From assembly GCA_017654855.1 (NCBI GenBank), contig JAFMPO010000001.1, forward strand, positions 496,001-560,000: DNA of 64,000 bases, written 5' to 3'. A program made the position numbers and the translations under genes. This document shows, piece after piece, positions 61,623-64,000 of this stretch (position 1 is the stretch's first letter; each line of letters opens with the position of its first letter). The notes beneath the pieces are model-generated. The model did no database searches and was not told where the DNA came from. It saw only the letters and a program-made list of their open reading frames with translations. Origin of the DNA: Podospora anserina (Eukaryota).

Positions 61623-63389
61623 TGTGATGGATTGATTTGGTGAGTTTTGAGGTATTAGGTAGCGCGTTCAAATCGAGGATCGAGGAGGACGGTAATTAAA
61701 TTGGCGGACAAAAATATGTCGTTCGTAGCCGATGTTGCAAAAACGAATGGATCGAGTACAGGACTCTGGAAAGGAATGACAATTTCTTCAGGTGAAGAGG
61801 CGATGGGTGGCCAAACAGAAGCAAAAGGTGAGCAGAGGGAGAAATGAGGGCGACGGGGCGGTTAAAAACGAGCGCGAGGATCTGGGCACTCTGGGGGGGT
61901 GCTGGGGGTGGACGGGCCTCTTGACGATAGCGGGAAGGTATCGCTGCCGCAGACTCTTGCGGCCAGGGTACATATTCGACCCTGCCAATTGGCAGCCAAG
62001 CAACCAGTTGAGACCATCTCCTTAATTTTAGCGTTGGGCATTGCTTCCCTGCGCGGCACGGTACCTGCGTCTGGTTGTGCGGTGTTCCTGGCAGACAGCA
62101 GCAAGCCAGGAACCGGGCGCCAATGACAGATGGGCGGGCAAGCTCATCCCAAAATTCCCAATTCAGTCAGGAAATCAACAGCTCCGTTTCCCAATGGCAG
62201 CTTCCACCTGCTCTTCCAGTTCAGATGAGTGATTTCCCTGTTTTCCCCCCCACCGCTCGCTGCCTCACGCATGAAGCAAGCCTGACGTGGTGGTCCCATC
62301 TTCCACGTCGCGTGCGTCTGTGTCGGCGCGCTCTGTGGTCGCCGTGGACAGCCAAGAGGTTGCCAACAAGGCCTTCCCTGAGCAACAGTGGATGTCAAGG
62401 GCAGTTCTGGGCCAACAAGGAGGCCAGCGGTTTCTCAATCTTCGATTGTCCGGCGACCTTGCCGTGGGAAATTTGTCGCTGGCAAAACCCTGGCAGGAGT
62501 TTTCTGTTTCGATGCACACCAAGCCGGAGCAAAGCAAATGAGGCCAAGCAACTCCCGATACACCTCACCGTTAATCTCGGGGGATCTTCAGAGAACAATC
62601 TGGATTGCGGTGATATCGATAGCCTCATACCCATTCTCCACAAGCTCTCTCTATCGAGCATAATAGAACAAAGATTCCCGACAATTCTCAAGCGCCAACG
62701 GACGGCGAAACGCCATTTCCGCATCTGTCTGTTTCGACCGAACTGACTTTGCCAGCTTGCGCCGTTCAAGTTGGCGGCAGCTTTTGGTTCCATCATGAGG
62801 TAATTTGACTGGCTGTCAGTGCACGGTTCATCTCGACTGTTTCAAGCGATCGACATGGCCCGAGCGTCTCTGGCTATCAACAGGCGGTAATGGTGGCCGG
62901 TCCCACTTTCATGCCGGCCCGTAGCCGCAATTTCGGTCGGCCTTCTGCAGAATTCTCGGCTCGGGGGTGGTTGAGACCGGGGCAGCTGGAGTTTCGGCGG
63001 CATGATCAGGGACCTTTGAGATTGGGGACTTGTGAAATCTGGGGAAGTGTTTTGGAGCTCACCACTTGCTTCTTGTCACCAGCCACTCCAAAGCGTCGGT
63101 TTCGAGTTACCCCTGACTCGCTCCACTCACCACAGTAGCATAGTGTAGTTTTCAAGCTAACGAAGGTTGTGCGAAACAAGATGTACCATATATGATGGAC
63201 GTGGGATACTCGATACATACATTTGTATATAAAATCATCACAGGGATAGGTTTTAGGGTGAGCAATGAGCTTGGTGAGGGGGCGTTATCTCTAAGCCTTG
63301 TCCAAGGGTTCCAAACCCCAACCGCCGCAGCCCACTCCCACAACTCCACACATAATCCCACTCCCGAGTCAAGAACAACACGACAGCAA

Positions 63390-63479
63390 GCGGGTTTAGC
63401 TCAGTTGGGAGAGCGTCAGACTGAAGTCAACTTCAGGAAGTCAATCTGAAGGTCATGTGTTCGATCCACATAAACCGCA
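63390..63479 (+). tRNA. tRNA-Phe(GAA) with 17-nt intron (63427-63443)
   Basis: GCGGGTTTAGCTCAGTTGGGAGAGCGTCAGACTGAAG[intron]ATCTGAAGGTCATGTGTTCGATCCACATAAACCGCA. Intron at the canonical 37/38 position; its CTTCAG can pair with the anticodon loop. Confidence 0.95.
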
Positions 63480-63880
63480 AGCAGCATTTCTTTTGCTTCT
63501 CTTAACCATCCCCTCCTCCCTCCCTCTGAAGGAAGATAATATTACCTTTTTGGCATCAATTCTCCCGGCCTCCTTGTTGACCTTGTGTGAGGAGGATGAG
63601 TTTGGCAGCTATATATCATGTCGAGATTAGGCCGCTTTAAAATAACACCACGTCGTGCTTTATTTCTCTAACTCGTGTAAATAAGATAACTACCAAGAAC
63701 CAACCAACCTACACCCCCATACAAACCCCAAAGACAACTAAATCACCAAACATGCCCGCTGTTCTGCTTGCTAAATTTAAACTCCCCACCTCCCTTCGCA
63801 ATTCCCACCAGCCCACCAATCCCCCAACATTACAAATTGATATTTCCTTTTTTCCCAACCCCTTCCAAAAAAAATCAATT

Positions 63881-64000
63881 CTAGTTCCCTAAATAAGCCC
63901 TGATGGCTCCCTGCAACCTCCCAGCACCCTCCCCAAGCAGATGCGTTAGGTTCTCGAGGTCGTCGCCAGCAGTAATGCCGAACCTCCTGACAAAATCCTT
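63881..64000 (-). CDS. Probable 3' end of a gene entering from the right edge
   Basis: Open frame from 64000, KDFVRRFGITAGDDLENLTHLLGEGAGRLQGAIRAYLGN*, followed by 3'-UTR-like low-complexity sequence. Confidence 0.55.
   Translation of the reverse strand, partial: KDFVRRFGITAGDDLENLTHLLGEGAGRLQGAIRAYLGN

Noticed and set aside
1-64000. CRISPR arrays, rRNA, intact transposase/RT genes, NLR/HET genes or secondary-metabolite backbone genes
   Set aside because: None seen. The window is eukaryotic, and the only repeats are micro/minisatellites and a RIP-like relic.

Overview
Gene-dense chromosome segment of a filamentous ascomycete. Short introns with CTRAC/CTAAC branch points, a RIP-like AT island and the gene set point to Sordariomycetes, probably Sordariales/Podospora-like; that assignment is inference. 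I reconstructed about 21 complete spliced genes by hand: inositol monophosphatase, membrane-anchored phytase, Sec62, Tdp1, Eps1-like PDI, a GNAT, a 10-exon phospholipase D, ACBP, an AIF/AMID-like oxidoreductase, End3, a GT31-like protein, a SLATT-domain protein, Trm1, a DAGK-like kinase, a hexose transporter, Gcn5, an ABC-F protein, a GPI-anchored Cys-rich protein and three hypotheticals. There are also two edge-truncated genes, tRNA-Val(AAC), an intron-containing tRNA-Phe(GAA) and a RIP-degraded solo-LTR-like relic. The most interesting signals are: (1) TAG-terminated genes with in-frame C-terminal extensions, notably an RKRKRK NLS-like tail behind the AIF-like stop, which stop-loss A-to-I editing or readthrough would expose; (2) a phytase/IMPase pair that both carry upstream CACGTG boxes; (3) a standalone fungal SLATT effector-like gene; (4) a GT31 protein with degenerate catalytic motifs. 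Family assignments come from motif recognition only; no database searches were run.
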